Shown here: positions 39,311 through 52,346 of the stretch, in pieces | Numbering within the stretch: the first letter of the stretch is position 1 | Layout of the letters: every line of letters begins with the position of its first letter | Source of the DNA: Amphiscolops sp. MND2022 | Taxonomy: Eukaryota | Direction: 5' to 3' | Length of the DNA: 64,000 nucleotides | Assembly (NCBI GenBank): GCA_964187785.1 | Contig: OZ076409.1 | Coordinates: forward strand, 98,272,001 to 98,336,000 | Made by a program: the position numbers and the translations under genes | The notes under the pieces: generated by a model | What the model saw: the letters and a program-made list of their open reading frames with translations, nothing else | The model's database searches: none | What the model was told of the DNA's origin: nothing

Positions 39311-41090
39311 TTAGGTGATAACATCGATAGTAACAGAGAATAGTACGAATTGAATAAGAAGTTGTATGGAACTAACAATCAAAAAACACGGGTTTCAGCA
39401 AAGTTTGATTTTGATTATCCGTGAAGATAGGGTGTGATACCTGCAAGATATCTAATGCAGCATCTCGCCGCAACTCTTCTCTATCGGATTTGCAAAACTG
39501 TCAACTTTGGAGGCCTCGTACTCCTTTCATTTGAAAGAGACAGCGTGGGGGCTTATATACATCGCTAGCCATAACCATTAGAAGTGTTTTCCACTTTAGA
39601 TGAGTTCTCGTTCTTTTATCAACAAAACTTGGTGGCACTTTTTCTGGCAACTGTCATTTTTCAAATTTTAGTGTCATTCAGCTTTAGAGGTCATTATCTT
39701 GACACCAGGTCTTTTTGCGGAAAACGTTCCTCTTACACGCTGTGCAGCATACCCCACTCTTGTGCGCGTACTCTGAAAGTTTCAGCTCCAGATCGCCCAA
39801 AACATGCGAAAGTGTTCAGCATTTTGAAAGGTCAGTCTTCCTATTAGCAAATTGAAATCTCAAGTTTCAATACTTGGGGGTTTCTCACTAGCGCGCCGCA
39901 GTGCTCTATTTACTACTTTATTCACTCATCCTCTCCAAATCTCAATTACGCTGCAAACGACGCGGCTATTGTGCGCTCGTACGTGGAGTACTAGGCGATA
40001 ACATGCGAAAGACGGCTTTTTCAGCCAATTTTGAACCTTTTTAACGTTTGCTGGGTCAGATCTCAAAAACTACTGATTATTATTTGTTTTGCATATACCA
40101 CAAGTTAGTAATTTTGTTTAGTTTTAGTATAGGTTGTATTGGGACCTTTTTTGACAATTGTAACGTTCACACGAACATCTGAGAAGAAAGTCATATTTGG
40201 TAACTGGTCGAAATTTTAAAAGCACATAATTTTAGAACCTCCCCAGCTAAAATCTCTTCGTTGCCCAAAGCTCTAATTTTCAAGAAAAACGTTTCCTTGG
40301 ACGGGCTACTGAATTCTGCAAACAGTTTGTTCATATCTTTTCTCAGTTTTGAGAAATCGCGTTTTGATTTTTAACTTGTGTTAAGAGGGGGGATAATTTC
40401 AAAGTGTGCGGCGGCCGTTTTCTTATTGGCTGTGCGTACAGCCACTCACAGCGCATTCTCAATTTCATTCTTTTCGCTTTCCTACAAGCTTTGGTGAGTT
40501 GCATTCTATGCTTATACCGCTCACTGTGAAGTTTTCACCTCAAACACATGTGTTAACAGCAATTTGACTGAATACCTGTTCTTAGTTACGAATGACTTCA
40601 GTTCAATCTCTGTGGGAAATCGTTTTCAAAAGTTCTGAGAAGTTTACTCAACTTGTGGTCAGGTCAAATAGGAACTTTTCATCGTTTTAATTTTCCTATA
40701 TTTGCAAAATTTGCCGCGAAAATCGATGTCAAAATTTCCTTCCGATAAAAAGTTCATACATAGTTGTAGGTTGTGGTGGCGGCGGCTGTATTAGCTTATT
40801 ACGTTGCGCGGTCGCTTCATATAAGCTAGACAGGCTTTTTTCGGTTGTCAACGGGACTTGACATTAAACAATGAGGCGAGGTACTTAAAGTACTTGTTCT
40901 TATCTTTACTCACTCTACATAGAAATCTTGTTTTTAAAATACATATTTACTTTTTACAAAGAATTTACTTACTTTACAGAGATATCTTTACTTTTCTATG
41001 TTAGATATCAAATCCAAATATTCTACGTTACTTAAGGTGCAAAATTTAAATAAACATCAGAACATTATCAAATGTCAATTATCCTACACT
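39309..41090. repeat. Diverged dispersed repeat, copy 2
   Basis: Direct match to 31556-33800. Confidence 0.85.
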
Positions 41091-41977
41091 TTCTGCCTTG
41101 TTTGACGTCGCAGGAGATTTCATTCCTTTTCCTGTGAAATTGGAAATTATTTCTTTCGGAAAGTATCTTAATTTCGTTTTTCATGGCTGAAAATAAATAG
41201 TACTGTGATTAAGAAAACGTCCCCGGGAACTTTATGCTCGATTTTCTCGGAATCGTTCGAAATTTTTGAGAAACATTAGTGATAAACGTTTCTTAAAATT
41301 TCATCTAATTTTTATTTTAATTTTTTTAGTTTTCGCCAAAAATTGAGCGAGTTATAAATAGTTGATTTGGAGGAAAACTGGGACTTTTGTCATTTTTCCA
41401 ACTTTTGATTTATTCCTCTACAAATTTTTTGACAAGTTCTATGCTCCAACTTCGACAAATCCACTGAATCTATAGATGTATTTCGATTTCAAAAATAATA
41501 AACCGTTTTCAAAATGTCAAGAAGGAAAAGTAAAATTTCGTCGATTTACATGTATTAAATCAAGAAATTAGTTTTTCGCGGTAAAAAAAGTTCGATTAAG
41601 TTTTCATTTAGAGTGTGTTCAAAACAAAAATATGTATCAATGGATTCTAGACAACCTACAGAGTCCGATGATTTGTAACTTTCAGAAAATATTTTCGAAA
41701 ACCTCCTCAAAACGTGGAAAATGTCAAAAAAGTTCTTTCTGCGCCTGGGATTTCACTTGATGCGCAAATCAAAAGATTGAGAAGAGCAGATAAGCATTTC
41801 TAATAGCAACTCTCAGCGCATAGGGGAGGGTTTCTTAATCACAGTACTTTAGTTGATAGTTTCAAGTTCTTTAAAAAAACAATAGAAAAGAAATCGGGAC
41901 AAAAAGTTCCTTGGAGATATAACAGAAAGGGTAGCGCTAAAGACTTTTCAGAAGCTGATGACTTAACAAAAAGAAAG

Positions 41978-42975
41978 TCAGTAGTTAGTGGGATAGCCCC
42001 GATGTTTGAAATTGGCACGAATCCGTCTCCGGATGGATTCAAACAACTTTTGATTGTAGCTGTCCAGAATGGAATAAAAATTTTTCTCCAAAAAACTCCA
42101 CACATCGTTCAAATTTGTAAATTCCTTGCCCTCCCGGTTGTCACTGAGCATCTTCAATACATTTTCAATGACATTCATGTCGGGTGAGTGAGGTGGCCAG
42201 TCGATAACTACCATTATGCCACTTTCTTCCAAAAATGACATTGTTGAAGCTGCTTTATGAGGAGGCGCGTTGTCTTGGAGCAGAAAGAAGTCCTCAACCC
42301 AAATTGGTAACGAATTCTCGTAGAGGAGTGGTTGGTACGCTGGTCCATTTAAAGAATTGCGGATTCTAACAAGAATTCGGAACCTCGAAGACAAAATTGC
42401 CCCACAGAATCAACTTTGGGCTCATTGTGTTGGTACTTGTATTGTTACTTGGCTAAGTATTGTTGGCAGTGACTAAAATCAGCGGGTTTTTTCGGTCGCC
42501 AAATAAATTCCTCCCGTCTAGGATCCACCTCAAAAGTTGAATCGTCGATACGTCGATAGCGACCCATTTTGGAAAATCTGTGGGCATTTTAACATCTGCC
42601 TACATCACTTTTTTCTTAACACCTGATGTCTTGCGGTAACCTTGACCTTCTTTGGAGCTACGCGTCTGTTTAAGCCATAATTATTTAGAATTTTTTGTAC
42701 GCCATCAACTGTATACAGATGACCATCTGTCCAATCATTTTTCAGTTGTCGGGCTGAAAGACGGGGGCAAATAGTTGTCATCCTTTACAAATTTCGAATC
42801 CATCTTTCATTAGCTCCGGGTCCTCTCCCTGTACGTGGTATAGGCCCTTTGCTGCCAGTATTTTTGAAATTGACAATGGTTTGAATAACAGAACTCTTGC
42901 TGGTATCTGTCAAGTCTGCAATTTCGATTTCGACTGGTTGCTAAATTAATTTCAATGTAAATTAATTTTGTTCAT
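41978..42975 (-). mobile_element. Tc1/mariner (Tc1-type) transposase pseudogene
   Basis: QDNAPPH...WPPHSPDMNVIENV...GYPTNY; upstream frames give RTGRG, LSARQL, GLNRRVAPKK and DDSTFE, with stops and frameshifts. Confidence 0.9.
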
Positions 42976-43767
42976 GCGTGGTTGTTCAATGTTTGTCCCG
43001 ATTTCGATTCAGATGACTGTAATTTGAAGTTTAAAAAATATGAAATGATTTTGTTCGAATTTTTGGCATCCCTGGTAAACGCAGTCAAATATTTCTGCTG
43101 AACAAAGCTCATTGACCCCGATTTTAGATTTTTTGCCGGTTAAGTGTGACATTGAATACTTACTATTGCCATTCATTAAAACAGCTGTAGGTAAGAACCT
43201 TTAGGTTGCTGGTTGAGTGGAGCTTTGTTTCTCAAACAAAACAATAAAACAACTAATCATATATGACGTTTCGTTTTCGTATTTCAATGCAGGCTGTTGA
43301 AACTCGGCAATTAATTGTATTACACTCATTCGTTTCATCTCAATAAAAACGCCACGTTGCTGCAATGAGAATTTAAAAAACATGCTAAAAAATTGGAGTT
43401 GCGCTGCCTCACTGCTCCCAAAAATGTCAACCGAAGGGGTGAGAGATCGTATTCCTGACGAAAATTTCCGTTTACGAAGAATACTTAACGTATTTGGTTT
43501 CTTAAGCGACATCGCAGTTTTGACTTTCAGTTACAATCTTATCGTGGATCACTATACTTTCGTTGGTCTAACGTGTTTAGTCCTTAGCATTTCGTGAAGC
43601 GACAATTCGTCCCAAATTTAATGTAATTTAATATAATGCCTAAATGTAATCATTTATATTTTTTACTTCATGTATTTGATCTCAACATTCAAAATGTTGT
43701 TATTTAGCTGATAAATTAAATAATTTGGGATGAATTGTCGCTTTTTGCAAATGTGACGAATGGTCGC

Positions 43768-45947
43768 TGTCACGACCCGCTCCCGGTCGGGATTTTTCCT
43801 GTTGCGGAGGAATTCCGAATTTCGCAAGAGGGCGAGGACATGGCAATACCTCACAAAATTAGGTAAAAAACTTTGACTGATCACTTACCTTTGTTTAACT
43901 GTAGTACGAGTTAATAATCAGAACAAAAGGATTTTAGTCTAACGAAAGCGATAAGTAAAATATCCAAAAGTGATTTTAGACGGAACGAAACTTCCGGTAT
44001 AAAGTTTTTATTACCGTTCCATTACTTCCGGTTTCGTCAGCTGAAAATTCCATACAAATCTAAATAACAAATTAAAAACATTCTTAACTTTGGGACCTTT
44101 TCTTTTCCACACTAAAATGAAAACACCAAAATGAAATTCAATTCCGAGGTCCCAACGGAATTCATATAATCTAAAATGAAAGAACATACAAAGAGAACGG
44201 CGGAATTGTTTTCCAATGATTGAATAGTTGTGAATATCCACTTAAGAATGCAGTTAAGCAACTTAAGAGAATATTTACAACGTAATGACGGCGTCACTCA
44301 GCTTGATTGAAGAGTAGATGTTTCTATTTTTACGGACCAATAGCGTGGTCTTTCACCATCCCTAGTTACCATAGCAACGCCAATTGAGCGAGAGAATAAG
44401 AGTGAATTTGTTAATGCTGTCCGCTCTGTCTCCGCAAGCAAGCGCCGCTCAGGTATACCTAATCTTAATACGTACGGAGCGCTTACGGAGCAAATTGTAA
44501 TGCGAAGAAGCTATAACTAATCTTAATACGTACGGAGTGCTTACGGAGCAAATTGTAATGCGAAGAAGCTATAACCAATCTTAATACGTACGGAGCGCTT
44601 ACGGAACAAATTATGAAATGAGAAGGTTATGCCTAATGTTAATACATACAGAATGACTAAAAAGAAATGCTACAAGATCAAAATTGTTCTAATATATCAA
44701 GATATTCCTTATGCTATACGGAACCGAAAAGGAATGTTCAAAATATTATAACATTAAAATAATACCTTTATGAATTGTTCCCGTTTAATACCTAGTAAAA
44801 TTGATCGTACTACAGGTTAAAACAAAGGAAATCATTAAAAAAAGGTGCTTTCCTTCATTTTGAAAAGGATGTTTTGTACACTCAATATGTTATGTTCTTT
44901 GGGCTAAATGAGCCATTGATCTGTATTAATCAAACCATCATGTTCCAATACATGTAAAATTAGTTCAGAAGCTTAAAATGATTCTGTGTTATATTGTTTG
45001 CCATCTCAGCTCTTGATCGGTATTAACCGTTTTTTCCAGCATCATTTGTTCTTTTCAAAATGTTCCCAGCACATTTATCTAAAATCACTCCGAGATATTT
45101 CCGTAGTCAATTTTGCTTGTCATTCTTTTACCGCGAACAAGATGATTTTCACTAGTGTCGAGATGAATCATTGATCACGCCAGCGTGCCTTTCGCGATGA
45201 AAATTCAACTAGACTTTCATTTTGCCGCCTTTTCCACGATCAAACCGGAAATGATGATAATGAACAAAAATGATTTCAACAAGCACTCCGTATGGGAGCC
45301 GTGACTAGGAATTTTAAATCGTGAACAATTAATTAAAGGGTTGAAATAATAAGGATGATTAAGCAATTTTGATGAACAAAACCGATTTTAAGGATTCCTA
45401 GGAATTTTTAGGTGAGGAACAAATGATGCTATGAAAGTATATATACCTGGGAATATGTAAAATCTGTTAATCTGTTTTAATCTGCTACGTTAATACTTCG
45501 TTTCAAAACCATATTTCTTTGAAGAATTCGAGTTTTCCAAAGAACAACCTCTCTCTCTTTCTAAAATGACTACTAGAAGCCAGAAGAGAAAAGCTGTTGA
45601 AGAGCTAGTTTCTACTGAAATAGAGACCCCAATACCTGAGACTAACCAAAACTTAAATCCCGTAGCGGGAACGAGCAAATCTCCTAGAGTACCCACTGAA
45701 AATCTAGAGGAAATCAAGTCTTCATTGAGGAAAGAGATCATGTTTGATCCTACTAAAATCCTAGCTGAAAACCAAAAGGAGATGCTAAAACTAATAGCTC
45801 CTACTGTTAAAAAGCAAACCATCATAACAGCCACTGAGGAAACGGATTCTGAATCCGAAAACATTCCGGAAAATGCAACTTCAACACCGATCAAAAATAA
45901 AACCACTGCGACTACCCGTAAAATTACACCGGTAAATAGTCGTAACA
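43768..45947 (+). repeat. 5' LTR (2180 bp)
   Basis: TGTCACGACC...GTCGTAACA, near-identical to the 3' LTR. Confidence 0.96.
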
Positions 45948-47176
45948 TGGTGACAGGAGTCCTCAATGACTCCACAAATCTGGGGAAAAAGAAAACACGA
46001 CCACACCGTCCACAAAGCCTGCCACCCAACGAACGACCCTCGACATCACGACTACTATTCGCTCCCCAGCCGGAAATCCATCAACCACCTCAACCTCCTT
46101 CAATGCCAAAAGCCCTCACCGCATCTCTGCCTGTGTTTGATAGTAAGTCCGAAAAATTCGAACTTTTCGAGGACTTATTTCGAAACAACATAAAAATGTA
46201 TCCACATCTAACAGAAATCCAAAAAATCAACTACTTCCACTCGCTACTACGAGGCAATGCACTACAAGCATATTGCCACTTAGACGATGCCAAAAAAGAT
46301 AACTTAGAGGAGGTAATTACGGCGTTCAAACGGCGCTTCGGAGATTTTCAATCTTCGGCCAAAGCGAGATGCGAATGGGACTCGCTACATTTTGACCCAA
46401 CCAAGCAAAAGTTACATGAATTTTTGGACACACTGCAAAAAACGGCTAAAGAAGCGTTCGGCTCAGAAGCACAAAAATTCATAGACAAGGCCATATACGC
46501 CAAAATGCCGGACCATGTCAAAAAGATTCTTAACCGAGCCTACCTCGAGGACAAACCTTATAACGACATTGTCCTACATCTTGAACGAGAGATGCGCCTT
46601 AATGGGCTGGGAACCCTAGACGAAACCACGCTAGTACCACTCAATAAGGTCGACGTCGTCCCACCGGAACCAAAAAAGGAACTCACCCATCGAGGAAGCT
46701 GCTTCCACTGTGGCAAACAGGGGCATTATAAAGCACAATGCCGCAAATTACGAAAAGATCGCTACTACGAAACTAAAGCACAGAACGGCATTCCCAACAC
46801 CAATGAACCACCCAAACCAAAGTGTGACACTTGTGGAAAACTCCACAAAACTGAGAACTGCTGGTACGGAGCTAATGCGGCAAACGACCCTAGGAAGAAA
46901 CGACACGAGTACGCCATACCCACAAACCAAATCAGCGAACAACCAATCCCTTCTATTGAAATCCAGCCAAAAACTAAGAACGCCGCGCCTCCGCGTCGGG
47001 GAAACGGTAGACGCAAGGGCGTACACAATAGAAGACCCCCCAATAGGTATGAAGAAGACTTCCTCACAGAATGCAATGAGGAACCCACCCAAGACTGGCA
47101 ACGTCGTTGGAACGTAGGCATGATACTCAGACACAATGCCCGACACCCAGAGGACCCAACACCACTACCCCAATGA
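45566..47176 (+). CDS. gag: Gag (starts inside the LTR; two zinc knuckles)
   Basis: Capsid-like LPVFDSKSEKFELFEDLF..., plus CFHCGKQGHYKAQC and CDTCGKLHKTENC. The ancestral stop was probably near 46975. Confidence 0.88.
   Translation: MTTRSQKRKAVEELVSTEIETPIPETNQNLNPVAGTSKSPRVPTENLEEIKSSLRKEIMFDPTKILAENQKEMLKLIAPTVKKQTIITATEETDSESENIPENATSTPIKNKTTATTRKITPVNSRNMVTGVLNDSTNLGKKKTRPHRPQSLPPNERPSTSRLLFAPQPEIHQPPQPPSMPKALTASLPVFDSKSEKFELFEDLFRNNIKMYPHLTEIQKINYFHSLLRGNALQAYCHLDDAKKDNLEEVITAFKRRFGDFQSSAKARCEWDSLHFDPTKQKLHEFLDTLQKTAKEAFGSEAQKFIDKAIYAKMPDHVKKILNRAYLEDKPYNDIVLHLEREMRLNGLGTLDETTLVPLNKVDVVPPEPKKELTHRGSCFHCGKQGHYKAQCRKLRKDRYYETKAQNGIPNTNEPPKPKCDTCGKLHKTENCWYGANAANDPRKKRHEYAIPTNQISEQPIPSIEIQPKTKNAAPPRRGNGRRKGVHNRRPPNRYEEDFLTECNEEPTQDWQRRWNVGMILRHNARHPEDPTPLPQ
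45948..45960 (+). other. Primer binding site (tRNA-Leu-like)
   Basis: TGGTGACAGGAGT immediately after the LTR; one mismatch to the TGGTGTCAGGAGT complement of a typical tRNA-Leu(CAG) 3' end. Confidence 0.65.
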
Positions 47177-47561
47177 ATAACAGAATCACCCGATAACTAC
47201 GCGACACTAAAAAGACCTCTACCAGAATCAAGGACCGAACGCATTTACATATATGATAGAGACTATAGATGTGACCCCTGGGACGAACCAGCCATCTATG
47301 ACACAAACACACTCTCTTTCAAAATACAAGTTTCAAATCCTCAAGCCCAATGCACCGAGAGTACAACCTTACCATCACCACCGTCACCAATCTTAAAAAA
47401 GACAACACAGTCCTCGCCAATACCCGTCACCACCACGTCCACACCAATAGACGCAGAGAATATCATCTGCATCGAGGATAAAACAATATGGACACTACAA
47501 GAAAAAGAACAACGCGGGGCAGCCGATCAAACAGTATCACCCCCCAACAACAGCTCCCGAA

Positions 47562-50500
47562 TTGCCAACTCAGGACAACAATCATGCAGACGACGAAGTA
47601 ACGGAATGCCCACAACAACTGCCATATGATCTCAATATCATAAAAGAATTCATACAACATGATAAAGACGACGACTACATTCCGTTAATGTCAGCAATTA
47701 CCCTCAAAAAGAAGAAAAGAATGCTCTTCATTCCTCTTGACTTTGAAAACACTAGAATTGATGCATTAGTTGACTCGGGAGCCTACATCAACGTCATCAG
47801 CGAAAGAGACGCAGACAAGATACAAACTGAAGCCAAAGCAACCATAATCGCGATGGCACCTCCGCCCCCTTTCAAGACACAATACGCCAACACAGAACTT
47901 GAAAAAGCCCGCGCGACATACACAATGCAGTTCAAAATCGGTGACTACGCGTTCGAAGAGACTTTCATCGTCATGACCAAAACATCTTACCCAATCATCG
48001 GCCTGGCATTTCTCCGGAAGCATTCCGCAATCCTAGATACTGCACAAGGGACAATAGACTTTCCTAAAATACAAATTACTCTAGCCCTAAAAGACGAAAG
48101 ACAAAAGTGCAACCCCAAACCCATCACTATCAAGACGGAAGAAAAACACACCATACCAGCACAAGCTACGCGGATCTACGCTTCCATTACTACAAGTAAT
48201 GACCACCCAATATCTGGGACAGTTCAACCTCTACCACAGTTCGACGAAAATGCGAAACTTATAGTAGCCCCAGCAATAACCACAGCCCGAGACAAACGAG
48301 TCGCGATAAAGATAGCGAACACCACAGACTTCCCCTACACAGTAACACCACATACGAAACTAGCAGAATTACAAATACTGAAACCTGAAGAACCGAAATC
48401 GATACGAGCAGTAGATATAGCAGCCCTCAATCTACTCACCGAACATGACGATGTTGTTGCGTACGTCAATGCACTGATGCAAGTTGACTCGTCAGAACAA
48501 ACAGAAGAGAAATTCTGGTTCCCATCTCCCGAAAATCCCGGAGATGAATCGGAACACACACCCATTCAACAACGCATTCTGCGAGAACTACGCGAATTAC
48601 AAAGATTAGAAGAACTGGACCCCAAACAAGACGAAAAATCCAGAACACAATTCCTATCACTATTCAAATGGAATGATTCGCTAATAACGGGAGAAGACCG
48701 AGAAAACCTAGAGTCCACCCTAGTCGAATTCAACGACATCTTTGCACGTCACCGACTGGACATCGGAATGAACAACCAGTTCAAGGTATGCCTAACTCCC
48801 AAAAACGACAAACCGGTATATACACAGAGTCTCCCCGTACCCATCAACCTCAAGGACGACCTCACAGTAGAATTGGCACTGATGCACAAATATGGAATCA
48901 TCACAACTCTCCCATTCTCGATAAGTGCCAGCCCCATCTTCGCGCAACGCAAACCTAACGGCAAACTGCGGCTCCTAGTGGACTTACGAAAGATCAACGC
49001 CCTCATCTCAGATGACTACCTAAACAACAACCACCCCATCAGCACCCTCTCAGACGCCGCACAACAACTAGCGGGGAAGCAGCTGTTCTGCAAACTAGAT
49101 TGCTCACAAGCCTATCACTGCCTCCAAATGGCAGATAAAAGGTCAGTAGAACTCCTTGCATTTAATTTTGCTAGTAGAACGTTTGCCTATCGCAGGCTAG
49201 CCCAAGGACTTAGTAGAGCCTTGTCGGCCTTTTCGAGCTTCATGCGGGAATACCTCGACACCGTCATCAAAGCTGACCAGTGTGCCCAATATGTGGACGA
49301 TATCGGGATCGCCGCCAACACAACAGAACAACTCATTAAGAACATCAGAGCAGTCTTCAAATGCATCCGCAAAGCCGGACTAAAACTCACAATTGAAAAA
49401 TGCCACTTTGGTGTCACCCAAATGGAATTCCTGGGAAGAACCATCACACCCCACGGAGTAGCACCGCAAGACCACAAAATCGCCAATTTCCTGTCAAAAA
49501 TCAGATTTCCCCGATCAAAGAAACAAGTCCAGAAATACATCGGATTTATCAACTACTACAGAAACTACACCTAAAAGCAGATGCAAAAATCACCATATCA
49601 GAAGAACTAGTCGACAACTTCAAAGCCATCAACGCAAGCCTAGCGGAAGCATGTGGACTAGCCCTCAGACAACCAGTTGCGGGAAAACAATACGTACTAA
49701 TGACAGACGCAAGCTTCCGGGCATCAGGCTACGCCCTAATGATAGAAGAAAACGATGATAAGAAGCTACTCTCCAAACGGAAAACTTTCGCACCAGTCGC
49801 TTTTGGCTCCCGCGTATTCTCTCCGTCACAGCTGAAAGTGTCAATATACTGTAAAGAGTTCCTCGCCATTTACCATGCATTCCTAGAATACAGTCACATC
49901 TTATGGGAACGACACTACCAACTCTAGTCTTAACGGACAATAGATCAGTAACAAGGTTTTTCCAAACAAAGACAACGCCTCCTGCGCTCTGGAACGCTTG
50001 TGAATACGTACTACAATTCAAATTCCGCATTATGCACGTAGCCGGGTCACAAAACACAGCTGCCGATTTCCTGTCTCGCCTAGAACTAACGCCAAAAGAA
50101 AAAGTTCAGCTCAAGCTACGAGACGACATTATAACGGCACCCATCGAAGTCAACCTACAGTCCACAGATGTTGCTGACGAAGAACAACTTTTTTTCTTAC
50201 CAGATGAGGAACACGAATCAGAACAAGAAACTTTTGCAAGAAAAGCTCTCAGCAAACAACGAGCAGTGGACGAAAAAAACAACAAAACTTATCCACTGAA
50301 ATAACAGAAGTAGTCCATATACCGCTCAATATGGCGGTCTACGCATTTGGAGCAATCAAAGAAAACGCCCGAATACGCAACGAACAAGATGCAGATCCAA
50401 TCCTGAAAGCACTAAAGCTACGTCTACTACACGAAGAATATGACAAACATCTCCTCAAAACTGAACCAAGAGCGAGAAATTTGCTACGCCACGAAGAAAG

Positions 50501-52131
50501 AATAATAGTCAAAGATGGAGTTCTCATGCGCAAATATTACGGAGAGGATGGCAAAATCACGCATCATCAAATCCTCATACCAAAACACATAGTCCCCGAA
50601 CTCCTATCAACTCTGCACGGGAAAACCAACAAACATCCAGGAATAACAAAAATGATCCAAGAAAGCCGAACAAAATACTACTATCCGGGACTTGCACGGA
50701 AAATTAGAGCCTGGGTAATCAACTGCCCTGACTGCATAGCCAACAAACGGATACACACATAACAAATACGCCCAAAAATGCTGAGCAACACAGAATTTAC
50801 CTTTGGCCCAGAGGATTGCTTAGAAGTTGACATTCTACCAAATTTGCCTTCATCCAGTGGATACAGGCACATCATAACAATGATGGACGTTTTCTCTCGA
50901 TACCTCTTCGCATACCCTACGCAAGACATGACAGCCAGAACAGTAGGCCGATGTATAATTGACGTAATGACACGCCATTGTTACCTGCCTACAAAAATCC
51001 TCACCGACAAAGGATCACAATTCCGATCAGATGTCGTAAACCAGATAGCGCAAACTTTCGACATACGAATTAGCCACGCATCAACGAAACATGCACAAAC
51101 GATTGGAATACTTGAGAGAACGCACGCTTCACTAAAAACGTCCTTAAAAATATCAACGGGAGAACGACGTTCAATGTGGCATAAATATGTACAAATTGCA
51201 GTCATGAACTACAACACAAGCTATCACGAAAGCCTAGGCTGTGAACCGACAACTGTATTCCACGGACGCATCCCGTACAACATTCTGGACATCAAACTGG
51301 GACTCAAGCCAGAATGGAAGAAAGACGCCAACGAAGATCTAAGGATGAATTACAAAAGCAAATCACCGAAATCCACCAGTCAGCCAAGGACAACCTCATG
51401 CAATCATATTTGAAGTATAAGCGATATTACGATAAAAAAGCGACAGCACGCCATTGAAAATCAATGACTATTGCTACGTCCTGAATCCGAAGGCTGATAA
51501 CCAGTCAATGAAATTCGCTTTCAAAGATTGCATTTGGACAGGACCATATATAGTGGTCAAAGTCCTTTCCAATATCAATTACGTTGTAAGACGGACAGGA
51601 ACAAGATACACGCAAACCCTCCATAGAATTCGCCTAAGGCTATACGCGCCCAATCAACGAGTACCTGACGTAAGAGTCAAAGTGGAAGATCAGCTTCCAG
51701 ATCCTGAGGTTGAAACAACCCATGATGATTGGTACGCGCAAGCGTCGGAAACCGAACTCGAAGAAGTTCTGTTCGGAACCCCAACGGAAAACAACAATGG
51801 AGAAGCTACTATCACGGAAGTACAAACTGAAGACGGAAATAAAACGGACCATGAAACGGTTATAACAACTGCAGATGAGAGTACAACGATAGATAAAACA
51901 TCCTCCGGAGATAATACGTCATTTAACTTAGACGTCAGCGATATCCCTTTCATAATGAGCCCGCCGCCTACAGAAAGCCCCCCAATACCACCTACACTGC
52001 CGCCTATAGTTGTTGGATACAATCCCAGAAAAACAGGAAGATATAACTTACGTCCTAATCCTTACGCACACCCCGACTTTAGGATGCTGGACGCAATCAT
52101 CACGGAAGAGAATTCTCAAACTCAAAATTGA
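47562..52131 (+). pseudogene. pol: Pol polyprotein (protease, RT, RNase H, integrase), disrupted
   Basis: ALVDSGA; RT KLDCSQAY, LAQGL, YVDD; RNase H TDAS..EFLA..TDN..ADFLSR; integrase HPG..CPDC, VDIL, TDKGSQF, ILER, WTGPY. Breaks at ~49570, 49905, 50280, 50760 and 51340. Confidence 0.93.
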
Positions 52132-52346
52132 ATAAAAATGATTAGAGAACCAAACCGAACGGGGATGGCTATGTTAATTTGGTTCCTCCTTATTACACTA
52201 AAACTACAGAAATACACAAAAAAAAGGATACGATTCTCAGGCAGTCCCTATATATCAACAACAAAACTGCAAAAGCTAACAATCAGAATAAATCATACAA
52301 ACACAGAGTGCTACAATTTCTTCAGTTTCTGGAAGCTTTCCGGATC

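Noticed and set aside
45490..52022. Minus-strand ORFs overlapping gag and pol
   Set aside because: Shadow frames of the real coding strand with no recognisable motifs.
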